DNA from: Lophium mytilinum
Lineage: Eukaryota
Assembly: GCA_010093605.1 (NCBI GenBank)
Contig: MU004201.1
Location: 501,106-565,105 of the forward strand
Reading direction: 5' to 3'
DNA length: 64,000 nucleotides
Part shown: positions 50,001 through 62,339 of the stretch, piece by piece
How positions within the stretch are numbered: position 1 is the first letter of the stretch
Layout: every line of letters starts with the position of its first letter
The notes under the pieces: model-generated
What the model saw: the letters and a program-made list of their open reading frames with translations, nothing else
Told to the model about the DNA's origin: nothing
Databases searched by the model: none
Position numbers and translations under genes: made by a program

Positions 50001-53000
50001 CACGGTGGAGAAGGTAATAAATAACCCTAAAGGGGCATAGAAACTGGCCAAATAGGGCCGCACGGTTAGAAAGGAATTAAGGCCCCCTTCTTAATTTCCC
50101 CCCCTCTCCCGGCCAGGTAACCCCACCCTGCATGCAGATAATAAGATAAAAGCACGCATACTTACTAAACAGTTCTTTCCACCACCAGTAGAAGCTAACC
50201 TATCTAACCTAGAAGGGTTCTAATACCCGGAACTGCACACCACCTCTATAGAAGTTACCATAGAAGACGTACTCTTAGCACTAATAGAAATTACGCTAGA
50301 TAAGGCCTCTAGAATTACAGGAATTATAAATAGATTCCTAAAGAAGTGCAAGATGCAACTAGCACTAGTGCTCGCCTACTTCTTTATAAAGTGCCTATAT
50401 AGAGGATACTACCCCCGCCCATTTAAAGAATTAATTATAGTAGTTCTACGTAAACCCTAGAAAGCGTCCTATACAACAGCGAAAGCCTACAGGCCTATTA
50501 CGCTGCTAGAAATAATAGGCAAGCTATTTAAACGCATTATAGCTAAGAGGCTCTCTAAGATAGTAGAGGAAAAGGGTATGCTACCGCCTAGCTAAATAGG
50601 GGCACGGCCGGAACGCTCTACATAGACAGCACTTAAACTCCTTACAGAATAAATCTATGCTATATAGAAAGGAAACCCACGGCTTATAGTATTACTTCTT
50701 AGCCTAGATATATTAGGAGCGTTTAATTAAGTCTTATACAAATAAATAATATATAACCTACAGGTCTAGAGTATACTAAAGTAGATAATAAGGTTTACTA
50801 GGTCCTTTCTATAAGACTGTATAACTAGGCTCTCTATAGGAAGCTACATAGTAGAACTAATTGCAGTCACTATAGGTATTCTATAGGGCTCCTCCCTATT
50901 GCCTATTCTCTTTCTCTTCTTCGCCAGTATACTACTACTAACCCTTTAGGACGGCAACACAACGGCCTACGGGTTTATAGATGACATAAACATCCTTATA
51001 TATAGTAGAACTATAGAGGCAAACTGCAGGGCTATTAAGAGAGCCTATAATAGATACATAAAATGGGCAAGGAAGCACGGCGTAGTATTTACACTAGATA
51101 AATATCACCTAATACACTTTACAAAAGCCCGCAAAGGAGTTAACCTAAAAGCTATAGTTAATATATAAGGCTTCACGGAGGGCCCTATAATAGACCTAAG
51201 AGTACTAGAAGTGCAGGTAGACTTAAAGCTTAAATGGGGCCCGCACATTAGCATTATAAAGAATAAAGCTGTAACCTAGATAGGGGCACTTACGCGGCTT
51301 ATAGCATCTACCTAGGGCGCTAGCTTTAGCAAAGCACGCCTAATATACTTGGTAGTAGTCCGGCCTGCCATTACATATAGATGCACCACCTAGTATACTA
51401 TACTAGGCATGCCGGAGTAGCTTAGCAAGACAAAGATTAAGCAGCTTAAAACGACCTAGAACTAATGCCTCTAGAGAATTTTAGGGGCCTATAAGACCAC
51501 GAGCACTATAGTACTAGAATATAAAATATTATACCCACTACTCTAGCTAAAACTAGAGAAACTTATAGTGGCTTACGCGGACTATACGCGTAAAGGGCCA
51601 GCACGCCAGTATATTAAAATAGCATGCAGCAATATATAATAGAAAATCCACACCCACTATAGGCTACTTATAAGGCTAAAGTACAGCCCTAGCTGCTATA
51701 ATATACTCTGTAACCTTATAGTAAAGGCTATAAGGTTATGCACTAGGTATAAAGACAAATTAGATAAAGCCTATAAGCGCTTAAGGCGATTTACAATCAA
51801 ATGCGAATACAAAGAAAGGTAGAAGAAGGCATAGGAGTCCTTTTACAAAATAGAACGGCGCGGGCTACTAACGCCGGCCCTTAATACTAAATAGAGCAAA
51901 TAATAGAAGACTATATATAAAGGGCTTATAAAGGTTAAAAGCACTATTCTTATAAATCTATAAATAGAGCATATAGGGCTTAATAGATACCTGCACCGCA
52001 TGCGGGTGCTAGGCCACCCAACACTAGCCTGCCCCTGCGGGTACGGCCTCTAATCACCACGCTATATAGTAATAAACTGCAAGAGGCATATAGAGGGCAG
52101 AGGCGAACTATTTAAGAAAGTAAAGACTTAGACGTATAAGGAAATATATAAAAGCAAAAAGGGACCTAAGGTAGTAGCTAGGTAGTTTCTATAGAAAACG
52201 GACCTACTACCCTACCTCTTAATAGCGAGAAAGATGGAAAGGGAGTAGACCCAGCCCTCCCGCTTAATACTATAGCCCTGCCATTACCTACAGCCTTACT
52301 ATAACCAACAGCCTTGCTATAACTAATAGCCTTGCTATTACTAATAGCCTTGCCATTACCTATAGCCTTGCTATTACCTATAGCCTTGCTATTACCTACA
52401 GCCTTACCATTACCTATAGCCTTGCCATTACCCCCGACTACACTACAGCGGGCCTTAGCGCCCCCTCTTAACTAGTACTCGGTATAGATAGTTAGCTTCG
52501 GGTCTCTACTATATACCCTGCGATATATACTTTCTATATACTTCCCGTCCCTTATAGCCCTTCTATTCCTAAATAGCCTACCTACTTTACAACAGTATAT
52601 ACACGCGGCTCCCTCCCTCCCGCTATTAGTTAGTTATACTATAAGGGCTTATATTTGCTATAAGCAGCTATATACTTCCTAATTATAGACTATAAACTAT
52701 ATACTCTACACTCTTAGCCCTTCTATAGCTGTCAGCCATGCTATAGAGGCTTATACATGCCACTACAGCTGCAAACCCTATATAGCTACTTGCAGCCCTT
52801 CTACTCTTACAGCCTGCCTATAAACTATATACTTTCTATATACCTCTACTGCATACTACCTACACGCCGCGCAGCCTTTCCGTCTCTAACAGCCTACACG
52901 GCCACCATTCATTTCACCTTGTTGCCTTAGACGAAGGCCCCGCGAGCGCACTACTTGCACGCAGGCCCTTACGCTAATTCTATACCAGCCTCGCATCCGG

Positions 53001-53288
53001 ATTCCACTCGGCCTAAACCTAGAAGGATAATAATAAACCTTCCCGGATAGATATAGGAAGACGCATCTCAATAGCTTATTCTATAGCAGTTCTTATAGAC
53101 CTACTACATGTCCCCTACAGTAAAATACAAAGGAGAAGGGCGCCTAACGCCAGATACAATAGAGGACGAGGTTTTCACCCAAACGCTGCCCGGTAGCGAA
53201 CGGTTTCCCCTTGTAAATTAGCCTAGATAGAACAGCTACATGGACCCTAACGGGAGCTACACTAGCGTAATAGAATTTAATAATAATA
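47041..53288 (+). mobile_element. Full-length Tad1-like LINE (copy 2) inserted in the Copia gag
   Basis: Colinear inverted copy of 26128-32364. About 17-bp TSD ATAGGGGTTTATTA(A/G)AT at 47024-47040 and 53289-53305. ORF1 ATG 47063; ORF2 about 48931-52247 with YGFIDDINI; (TAA)n tail. Confidence 0.95.
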
Positions 53289-54538
53289 ATAGGGGTTTAT
53301 TAGATTATTTAAAACCCAGGCTATAATAACTTAATTTAGTTATTTAAGCTTTATTTGCTTTTAATTAATCTATTAACTATTTTATTATATTTAGGTAATC
53401 TTCTATAGTTAAAAACCTGGATAAAATAGTATTAAATAGTTCCTTATAAATAACAAATTTAGAACTAAAGCCCTTTAGGCTATATAGCTACTTTGGTAGC
53501 TTCTAAGCTTCTATTATAGTAGTAGAATACTATAATTATTATAGAGGACCGTTCTTTATAGTAAGTCTAATATTATCTATTACTTTTACATTGTTTTCCT
53601 TATTAATAGGAATAGGAGTAGTACTATAAATAGCATTACTACATCCTTTTTCTACTAAGAGAGATTGTACTCTTAGAGCCTAAACCTTATAGCTAGATTA
53701 ACTAACTAACTTAGTAATAGATATTTTATCTAAGTTGAATTAAATAGATAGATAGATAGATAGATAGATAGTTAAATAGGTAGCCTGTTGGGCAAATACA
53801 TAGATAGATAAATAAATAGATTTCTATATATTTATAGATTGTTAAATAGATAGATTTTCTATATATTTATAGATTGTTAAATAGATAGATTTCTATCTAT
53901 CTATATAATTAGCGAATATATAGATAGATAAGTTCTATATATCTATATATTTATTAAATAGATAGATAGATAGAAAGAGAAATATTTCAATTTTTAATTA
54001 ATTTCTCTATCTTGTGTTAGATAAGATAATGGGATAAAGGGTTATAATCTAATCTAGAGTATCTTAATTTAATACGTAATAGATAATAGAGGTTAAAAGG
54101 TTAATTACGTGGTGTATAACGTAATATAAACTTATAGAAGCTTTATATTAATAGATATAATAAATAGGTAATATTTCTTTAGTCTAATTTTACTTATAAT
54201 GGATTTATAATTCCAGATCGCGTTCTAGCTATTATATAGCGGGCTTATAGTCGATAACTTTGTCTCCTTTAATTTCGGCTTTATTTTCCGCTATTTCGGC
54301 TTTGTTTTATGCTTGAAATTACTCATAGGGTGGTGTAGTAGGTTTGTACGCTGGAGATGGTAATTAAGATAGTAAATGGCGGCGTTTTTGTCCAATATTT
54401 AGTCAATTTAAATAATTCTGGTCAATATTTTATTAATTTGGATGATTTTAATCGATATCTAGTTAATTTTAAGAGGGAACCTGCCCGTTGGTGCTATATA
54501 TAGTTGTAGATTGCGTAGTGCAATCTAAGCTTATAACC

Positions 54539-54801
54539 TGTTAAAGGTATAGAGTTAATATAAGAATAGATAGATAGATAGAAATTGTATTGCTTAAGTT
54601 CCATTTTACATTTTACATTAATAATAACGGAGTTGTATATATACAGCATTTAATGCATTATAAAACATTTCTCTAACGTTCTTATAACATTATCTAACGT
54701 TTATTGTATTACGTTTAAACGCTTACGGTTTCGTTCTATTTAAAGGCTTTCAAGCCTATTATACGTAAGGATATAACGATTATACTATTATAGAATTTAC
54801 A
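54539..54801 (-). repeat. Copia 5' LTR
   Basis: Adjacent to the PBS at 54527-54538; matches the other LTR copies. Confidence 0.85.
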
Positions 54802-55389
54802 CATACTATATTTTATACTACTACTCCCAAGCAGGCTTTTTTTTTTACTTAGAGTACTAAAAGTTACATTCTAAAGTTCTATAGAAGGATACAAGGTAGG
54901 TAGTAGGTTAATCTACCTCAATAGTTCTTTAATAGAGCATATTCTCTATAGTAGATAGAAACGAGCTAATATATATTTATTAGTAAAAAGCCTCTTACTA
55001 TAACTAAGGATCTTTAACCTATAGAAGATTATATTAATTTAAGTAAGAAAATAAAGAATATATAGTTAGACTCTATATAGCTACTTATATATATATATAT
55101 GTAATATAAGCATATACTATCTATTAAACTCTAGTACGCTATAATAGCTTGTATTAGGATCTATAGATAGATATATATTAAGGAAGTTTAGTACTTACCT
55201 AATAAATAACTATTATTAATTCATAATAAAGGCTCTATATAGCTAGCTCTATTGTAGACTCCTATACCCTATATACTAGATAGTTTTATTTCTAATACAT
55301 GTTATAGCTAAGTGGTTCTATTAGCATGCAAATAACCTAGTAGATTAACAAAAGAACTTTAGAAAACTAATGAGTAAGCGTATAGGGAA

Positions 55390-55526
55390 ACATCTATCTA
55401 TTTATCTATTTATCTATCTATCCATCTATTTACTAATTCATTGTTCTTTATGTATCTACGCATCTATCTATTTACTAATTCATCACTGTTCTTTATCTAT
55501 GCATCTACTTCCTAATTCATCACTGT

Positions 55527-55581
<55 letters not shown>

Positions 55582-55780
55582 NNNNNNNNNNTGTTCTTTA
55601 TCTATCTATGCATCTACTTCCCAATTCATCACCGTTTATCTATCTATCTATTTATCTATTTATCTATTTATCTATCTGTTTATTTATTTATCTATCTTTC
55701 TATGCATCTACTTGCTAACTCATTACTGTTTTTCTATCTATCTATTTATCTAGCTATCTACCTTCCTATTTATCTATGTT
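55390..55780. repeat. Compound (TATC)n array with N gap
   Basis: TATC runs interspersed with CTAATTCATCACTG-type spacers; N10 gap at 55582-55591. Confidence 0.9.
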
Positions 55781-55974
55781 TCTATACATCCTTTTAGAAG
55801 CTTAAACATTTACCTCTCTTAAATGTAATATTAGTCTAATTATAATACTAGAGTATAATACCTATAGTAAAAAACTAGCCTAATCGGACTTAATTTTACT
55901 TTTAAATAGACCTATATCTTGTCTTTTAAATGATGTTATATAGACCTCTGTTCTAATTCCTTATGAAAATAGAA

Positions 55975-56620
55975 TATAAGGGGAAATCGTTTACTGCCGG
56001 GTAGCATTTAGGTAAAAACCTTATCCTCTATTATATCTAGCGTAAAGCGCCCTTCTCTATTACGTTTTTCTATAGGGGATATTGTAAGGACTACAATTGC
56101 ATAAGCGTTATATCCTTACGCATAATAGGCTCAAAAGCCTTCAAACGGGACAAAACTGTAAGCGTTTGAACGTGATACAACAAACGTTAGATAACGTTAC
56201 AAGAATGTTAGAGAAACGTTTTATAATGCATTAAATGCTGTATATATACTCCGCTGCTGTCGATGTAGAATAGAACTCAAGCAACACAATTCCTATCTAT
56301 CTATCTATCTATCTATTCTCCCATCGACTCTATACCTTTAACAGATATATAGTAGGTCTATAGAAGCTACTATAGAATAAGCTATTAAGATGCGTTATTC
56401 TATATCTATTAGGATGGTTTATTATTGTCCTTCTAGGTTTAGGCCGAGTAGAATCTAGATAACTAGCTAGTATAGAATTAGCGTAAGGGCCCGCGTATAA
56501 GTAGTATACTTGTGGGGCCTTCTTCTAAGGTAATAAAATAAAATAAATAGTGGAGGCCGTGTAGGCTATTAGAGATAGGAAGGCGGCGTAGTATATAGGT
56601 AGTATACAACTGTAGTATAG
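55975..56620 (-). mobile_element. Diverged 3' fragment of the LINE family, split by a solo LTR
   Basis: Homologous to about 26205-26580. Confidence 0.8.
56083..56343 (+). repeat. Solo LTR (261 bp)
   Basis: TGTAAGG…TTTAACA with 5-bp TSD GATAT. The empty site GGGGATATATAGTAGG is visible in LINE copy 1 near 26304. Confidence 0.92.
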
Positions 56621-57523
56621 GGTTAATTTAGCGGCGGTAATGTTATCCCGCTCTAAAGATAGAATATAGAAGATTATAAGGTATAAAATCTATAGACAGG
56701 CAAATTATTCTAGATAAATATTATTAGAAAGTATAAGAAACTTTAGAATAGAACTATAGTTATAAATCTTAGTATAGTTTAATAAATAAATAAATAGCTA
56801 AAGACTAACTAGTTAAGGTAATAATAAAGTAATCTATATTAGTTTAAATATTTCTACAATTTAATATCTCTTTAGTTCCTAAGGCTAAACTAGAATATAT
56901 AATAAAAGTTCTTCTAGAATAAATATAGTATTAAAGAGTGTAATTAGTAGTATACTAAAAGTAGTTATACTTTAGTCTATATAAGATAGTAGATAGAACT
57001 AGAGTATAGTTTAAGCGCTTTAGATAGTTAGTGTATCTCTAAATAAGTTAATTTACTCTATAGACTAAAAGGTTAAAATGAAAGTATAAAGTTAATATAT
57101 AATCTTTAAATTAAATTAGCTTAAAGGTAGAAAAATAATAGCTAGAAAGATAGTTAGTATCTAGATAAAACCTATAAAATTATCTAGATCTAGCTATAAG
57201 TATTTAGAAATATAGATTTTCTAATCTACTATTAATCTAGAATATAAGAATATAATCTAAATCTTATTTAAGAGTAATAAGCTATAGTAAAAAAATAGAA
57301 TATAAAAGTAAGTAATAAAACTAAAGCTAAAGCTACTCTTAAGTTTTATAACTAAGATATATTTTAGGGTAATAGCACTAAAGGTTATAGATATAGTAGT
57401 AAAAGTAAGGTTCTTTTAGTATAAAGTACTTTCTCTAGTAGGGTAGAAAGATTTAATTATAATAAGTAATTAAATATAGAAGTATTAAGCTATATATTTA
57501 TTTAATAAGAAAGAGATATAAAA

Positions 57524-58267
57524 TATTATTATGCATAATAAAATAAGATAGAATATAAGGGTCCTATTTCTTATAAGTTTATATATAAATTAAAATTCTA
57601 TGCTATTTTTCATTATTTTTAAATTATTTTCAAATATTTTTTTAAATAGAACTAATACATCACGTAATATAGCTTATTTTTGGTCTAATTAGTGTCAGAA
57701 GTAGACTATTCTACTCACGTTATTAAGCTACGTATAATGCGCCTAGCGCCAGCCCTATATAAGGAGAATTTAAAAGGAAATTTAAAAGAAATAAAATCTA
57801 CCTACTTTATCTCTGTTGAATAGATAGATAGATAGATAGAAGAGTCTCTCTAGTCGTCATCAACTACTAGAACCTCCTCTAAGCCCTTATTATTACTATT
57901 AGCAGCTTCCTTAGTAAAAGGACCCCAGCTTTTTAAGTATAGAATTAGTTCTATACTCTTTAGGCTTAGCCTATTTCTTTTCTTTGTAACTAGGTTACTT
58001 CCTTATAAGAATACCCTTTCTGCTAATGCTAAGCTAATAGGAATAGCTAGATACTATCTAGTAAGCCTGCTAAAATCTAGACACTTCTTTTCCCTTATAG
58101 ACCACCAGTTAAGGGGGTCTTGTTTCCTTGGTTCTTTTACTTTTTTAAAATAGTTGTCCTACTTATTAGCAATAGCTTCGTTAGTAAAGAAACTATCCTT
58201 AGAACTAGGAGATGCCTCTCTACTAAGTAGGAGATCTAAAAGCTCTCTTTCCCTGCACAGAAGTTAG

Positions 58268-58298
<31 letters not shown>

Positions 58299-60686
58299 GA
58301 TAGATAGAAAGCTAGTAGTTACATAGATAGATAAAGAGATAGATAGAAAGGGACTTACTCTTTAAATCTGCGCTTTAGAAGCTCTTTTCCTATAGTAATT
58401 TAACCTCGTTAAAATCCAAAGTGCTTAGTAAGACCCTGGTCCTTATAATAAGGGTAAAGAAGAATAGTAAAGAAGTATACTAAGTCTAGCTTGCCTAGGG
58501 CTATAGGGAAATACTTTAAAAGCTTTTCCCTTACTTTTAAGCCGTATTATAGCCAGTTTCGCCTATATTAGGCTCCAGGAGATAGGCATTAAAATTTACC
58601 CTTATTCTAAGTACTTCTAGTAGCCCTAGCTCTAAAGTAACGTACTTTTCCCCCTAAGACTTAAAGGTAATCTTTGTTAGGATAGAAAGAAGCTTAATTA
58701 GGCTATTAAGCCTTTTCTAGTCCTCTCTGTTAAGCCTCCTTTTTCTATTTAAAGGTTTTAACTATTAAATAGGTAGAATTCTAGCGTATAGGGGTATCTA
58801 GAGGGATTATAGGAGGTCTCTTATAGTTATATGTCTTATTACGGCGCTTATACTTCCTAGAAAGCTCGTGTTTATACTTTATAGCAAGCACAATAAGGCG
58901 AATCTTGTTAAAGGTGCCTTTCTCCTAATTTTCTGCTATTAAAACGTTAGCTAGATAGATAGATAGATAGATAGATTTAAGTAGATAGATAGATAGATTT
59001 AAGCAGATAGATAGATAGATTTAAGCAGATAGATAGATAGATTTAAGCAGATAGATAGATTTAAGCAGATAGATAGATTTAGGCAGATAGATAGATAGAT
59101 AGATAGATTTGGGCAGATAGATAGATAGACTTACCTACTTCTTCTGCTTCTTCTCTTAGGTTTTAGTAGGCATTTGGGGGTGTGGCTTTAAATTACTTAA
59201 TAGTACTTTGCGCTACTAAATTAATAATATAAGGCAGGCAGGGCATATTAATAAGGAGCCTATACATTCTATAGCCCTCTTAATTAAGAAAATAACGGTA
59301 TTCTCTTATAATTCCTACTATATTAAAAGCATTATCTCTTATATTGCTACTAATACTTTTATAATACTAAAATCTTCTAGAACTGTATGAAAAAGGTCGA
59401 ATTAATATTTAGATAAATGGGCCTAATTGAGGGGTGGCATAGCTAAGAGGGAGCTTCGCATTTTCGAGTTTGAATTAATAAATTGATAAGTAATTCTAAA
59501 GAACTCTGTTTTATTGCTTGCAGTCTATGCATTAAAAGCCGTAGAGATAACACCTCCTAATATAATTTGTTAAGCCAGACTTAACTTAATCTAGGCTTTT
59601 TCCACCTGAAATACCTTCTTAATATTCTCTTCTATCTTCCTAGGAGTAGAACAGGTGACATCGCAATTTAGGTACTTAAAAGCATCTTGAAACCCCTTTT
59701 TAAAGATAATACTAATAGGAAGATTGCACTCTACAACTAGATTTAGAAGCAGCTTCGAAAATTAGCTTTAGTCTGGTTTCCCTTTCCAAGTAAAAAGGTT
59801 TTCGTCCTTCTTCTTATGCGAAATGCGCAGCCGGTCCTGATTATTAAGCATTTAAGTCGATTAAGCAGCCTACTAGCGTCCTGCTGAATTAGCTTTAGCT
59901 GCAGCTGCTTTTTCCCTAGCATCCTTTGCTGTAGCTCCAATTTGGGGGTGTTTATTGCGATAATGAGTGAGAAAATTGGACGTATTTGTTGAATTAGTAT
60001 CTATAACATTTGTTGAATTAGTATCTAAAACTAAACTCTAGTTGTAATTTGCGCAGCTAACTCTTACTCTCCTCTTTCTGCCCTGTTTAAATTCAAGAAG
60101 GGTTACTGTTAGTAAACCTTCTGAAAATAGATAGCCCTTGAAAGATGTTGCTGGAAGTGTAAAATCCGGTAAAAGATAGATTGATTTGTCCTTCTTAGGT
60201 GGCATGATTGAGATACGCACTTAATGCCTCTTCTCTGCGTCTTTCTAGCTCTTCTTATACCTATCTAATACTAAATTGCGAAAAGATTGCTATATACTGC
60301 TTGCTGTATAGTTAAATTACTATATACTGCTTGCTGTATAGTTAGATTACTAGTGTATAGAATTAGTATAACTAGGGCACAAATAACCTAACAAACTAAT
60401 AAGCAAACTCATTAGCAAATAAACAAGCAAACAATAAAGTAAATAGCAAAAATACACATAAATACATACATAAATATATACGTAAATATATATGTAAATA
60501 TATACGTAAATATATATGTAAATATATACGTAAATATATATGTAAATATATACGTAAATATATATGTAAATATATACGTAAATATATACGTAAACATATA
60601 CATAAATAAAAGGTAAAGATCTATCTATCTATCTATCTATCTGCCTAAATTCATCTATCTATCTATCTATCTATATGCCCAAATTC

Positions 60687-60768
<82 letters not shown>

Positions 60769-61133
60769 GTATCTATGTATCTATGTATCTATCTATCTAT
60801 CTTTCTATGTATCTATCTATATAGATTTATCTATCTATCTATATTTATCTATCTTTCTATCCATTTACCCCTTTTTTAGGCTTAACTATTCACGTATCTT
60901 AAGTTTAATAGTATTCCCAATTTACTAGTGGCGTATTTTAGCCGTAGTAAAAGAATCAGCCTAATTAGGCTTAGTTTCACTTTCACCAATCCCTTTTTTA
61001 GTCACGTGATATTTCCAAATAGGCCTATATTTCTATTTGAAATAACTCTATATAGACCCCTATTTTCTATTTCTTATAGAATAAAATCAAATAAAATCAA
61101 ATAGAAATATATTTTCTATCCTGCATAACACTG
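57524..61133 (-). mobile_element. hAT DNA transposon with intron-containing transposase pseudogene (about 60206 to 57850)
   Basis: Motifs VISTAFNA*TASN…FINS…VLEDFSI…RDNA and the hAT dimerisation domain DPLNWW…YLAIPIS…AERVF…KRNRLS…LKSW. Right terminus reads CAGTGTTATGCA on the minus strand; the left terminus is degenerate and no TSD was seen. Confidence 0.85.
60451..60605. repeat. 12-bp tandem repeat with alternating variants (24-bp period)
   Basis: (AAATATATACGT/AAATATATATGT)n upstream of the hAT transposase. Confidence 0.9.
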
Positions 61134-61179
61134 AATCCCTAGGGAAGGACTCTAATACACCCCCTTTTACCTCTATATA

Positions 61180-61423
61180 TATAAGTTCTACAACAGCATA
61201 AGCGTTATATCCTTACGTATAGTAGGCTTAAAAGCCTTTAAATAGAATGAAACCGTGAGCGTATGAACGTGATATAATAAACTTTAGAGAAGCGTTGTAT
61301 AATGCATTAAATAGTGTATATATACAGCTCCGTTGCTGTCAGTGTAGAATAGAACTCAAGCAATTCAATTCCTATCTATCTATCTATCTATCTATTTATC
61401 TACCTATCTATCTATTTATCTAC

Positions 61424-61479
<56 letters not shown>

Positions 61480-61559
61480 TTATCTATTTATCTATCTATT
61501 TATCTATCTATCCTATCTAGCTATCTATCTATTCTCACACCAACTCTATACCTTTGACA
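61180..61559 (+). repeat. Solo LTR with expanded internal (TATC)n
   Basis: TATAAGTTC (RIP of TGTAAG)…CCTTTGACA with a low-complexity 5-bp TSD ATATA. Confidence 0.8.
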
Positions 61560-62339
61560 ATATATATCTCCTTTTTATTTGACCTACACCCCTTACTTCT
61601 AATCTTATGATTGGCCTGGAGGGCTTGGATTACTGCTCCGTTGCTTCACTCTTATCTGCATCCGTGTTATAATGGAAGGCTGTAGAGCCTCCCCATTTTA
61701 CTGTGCATTTGTCCTGTTTACTACTACACGTGAGGCCGTGCATAAGGCAGTGCACGAGGCTGTACTCATAGCAAGGGTGTGCAGCACTCCCGTTTTACTA
61801 TACAACTTCCCATTCCCTGTATATTCAGGCTGTTGTAACTGCTATATACATGTCTAAATACCTAAAAGCATGCCAAAACAGCTAGATTCTGATCTTATTA
61901 CGGCTCCTCCGCATTAAGGGATGAAGGTGAGGACAAGGATGTGCTTGTTTATAGCCACGCCGCAATACAAGAGTAATACACTTACTAAGATTGTCCCCAC
62001 AACATTATCAAATATCTATAAAGCAGTCTCGCTCTAACAGGAGAGCACCTACTAAATGTCGTTAAAGTTAATACGTGTTGGAAGGAAAGGTGATTATTAA
62101 GCTGAAAACCCTCCATATAACGGAATCCACCCCTAGCCGCGTAATATAGCTAATAAAGAAGCCGTTTCTCTTCCTGCAAACTAACTGGATTTTAAATGCA
62201 GGCCGTTGCGTCTAAATATACAGAAATGCACCTAAGTTTTCTACCGTGGTTGCTTGCTGTAGTGAATGTCCCAATCTAACAACCTCCCTCAATCGAACAG
62301 TGGGCAATAATGGTGGGAAACCTCCTTAATGGTGAGCAT

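Larger units (their letters stand above)
39697..54801 (-). mobile_element. Ty1/Copia LTR retrotransposon, RIP-inactivated, with nested MULE and LINE
   Basis: LTRs at 54539-54801 and 39697-39956; PBS GGTTATAAGCTT (RIP of GGTTATGAGCCC). Copia domain order: gag (~53740), CCHC knuckle (~46850), protease ILDSRST (~46590), *HxRIG pre-integrase, integrase FLDLAGP, RT YYVDNLL (~41580), RNase H TDS*SAI…IDIQYHFIRE…IFTKPL (~40680). No matching TSD. Confidence 0.9.
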
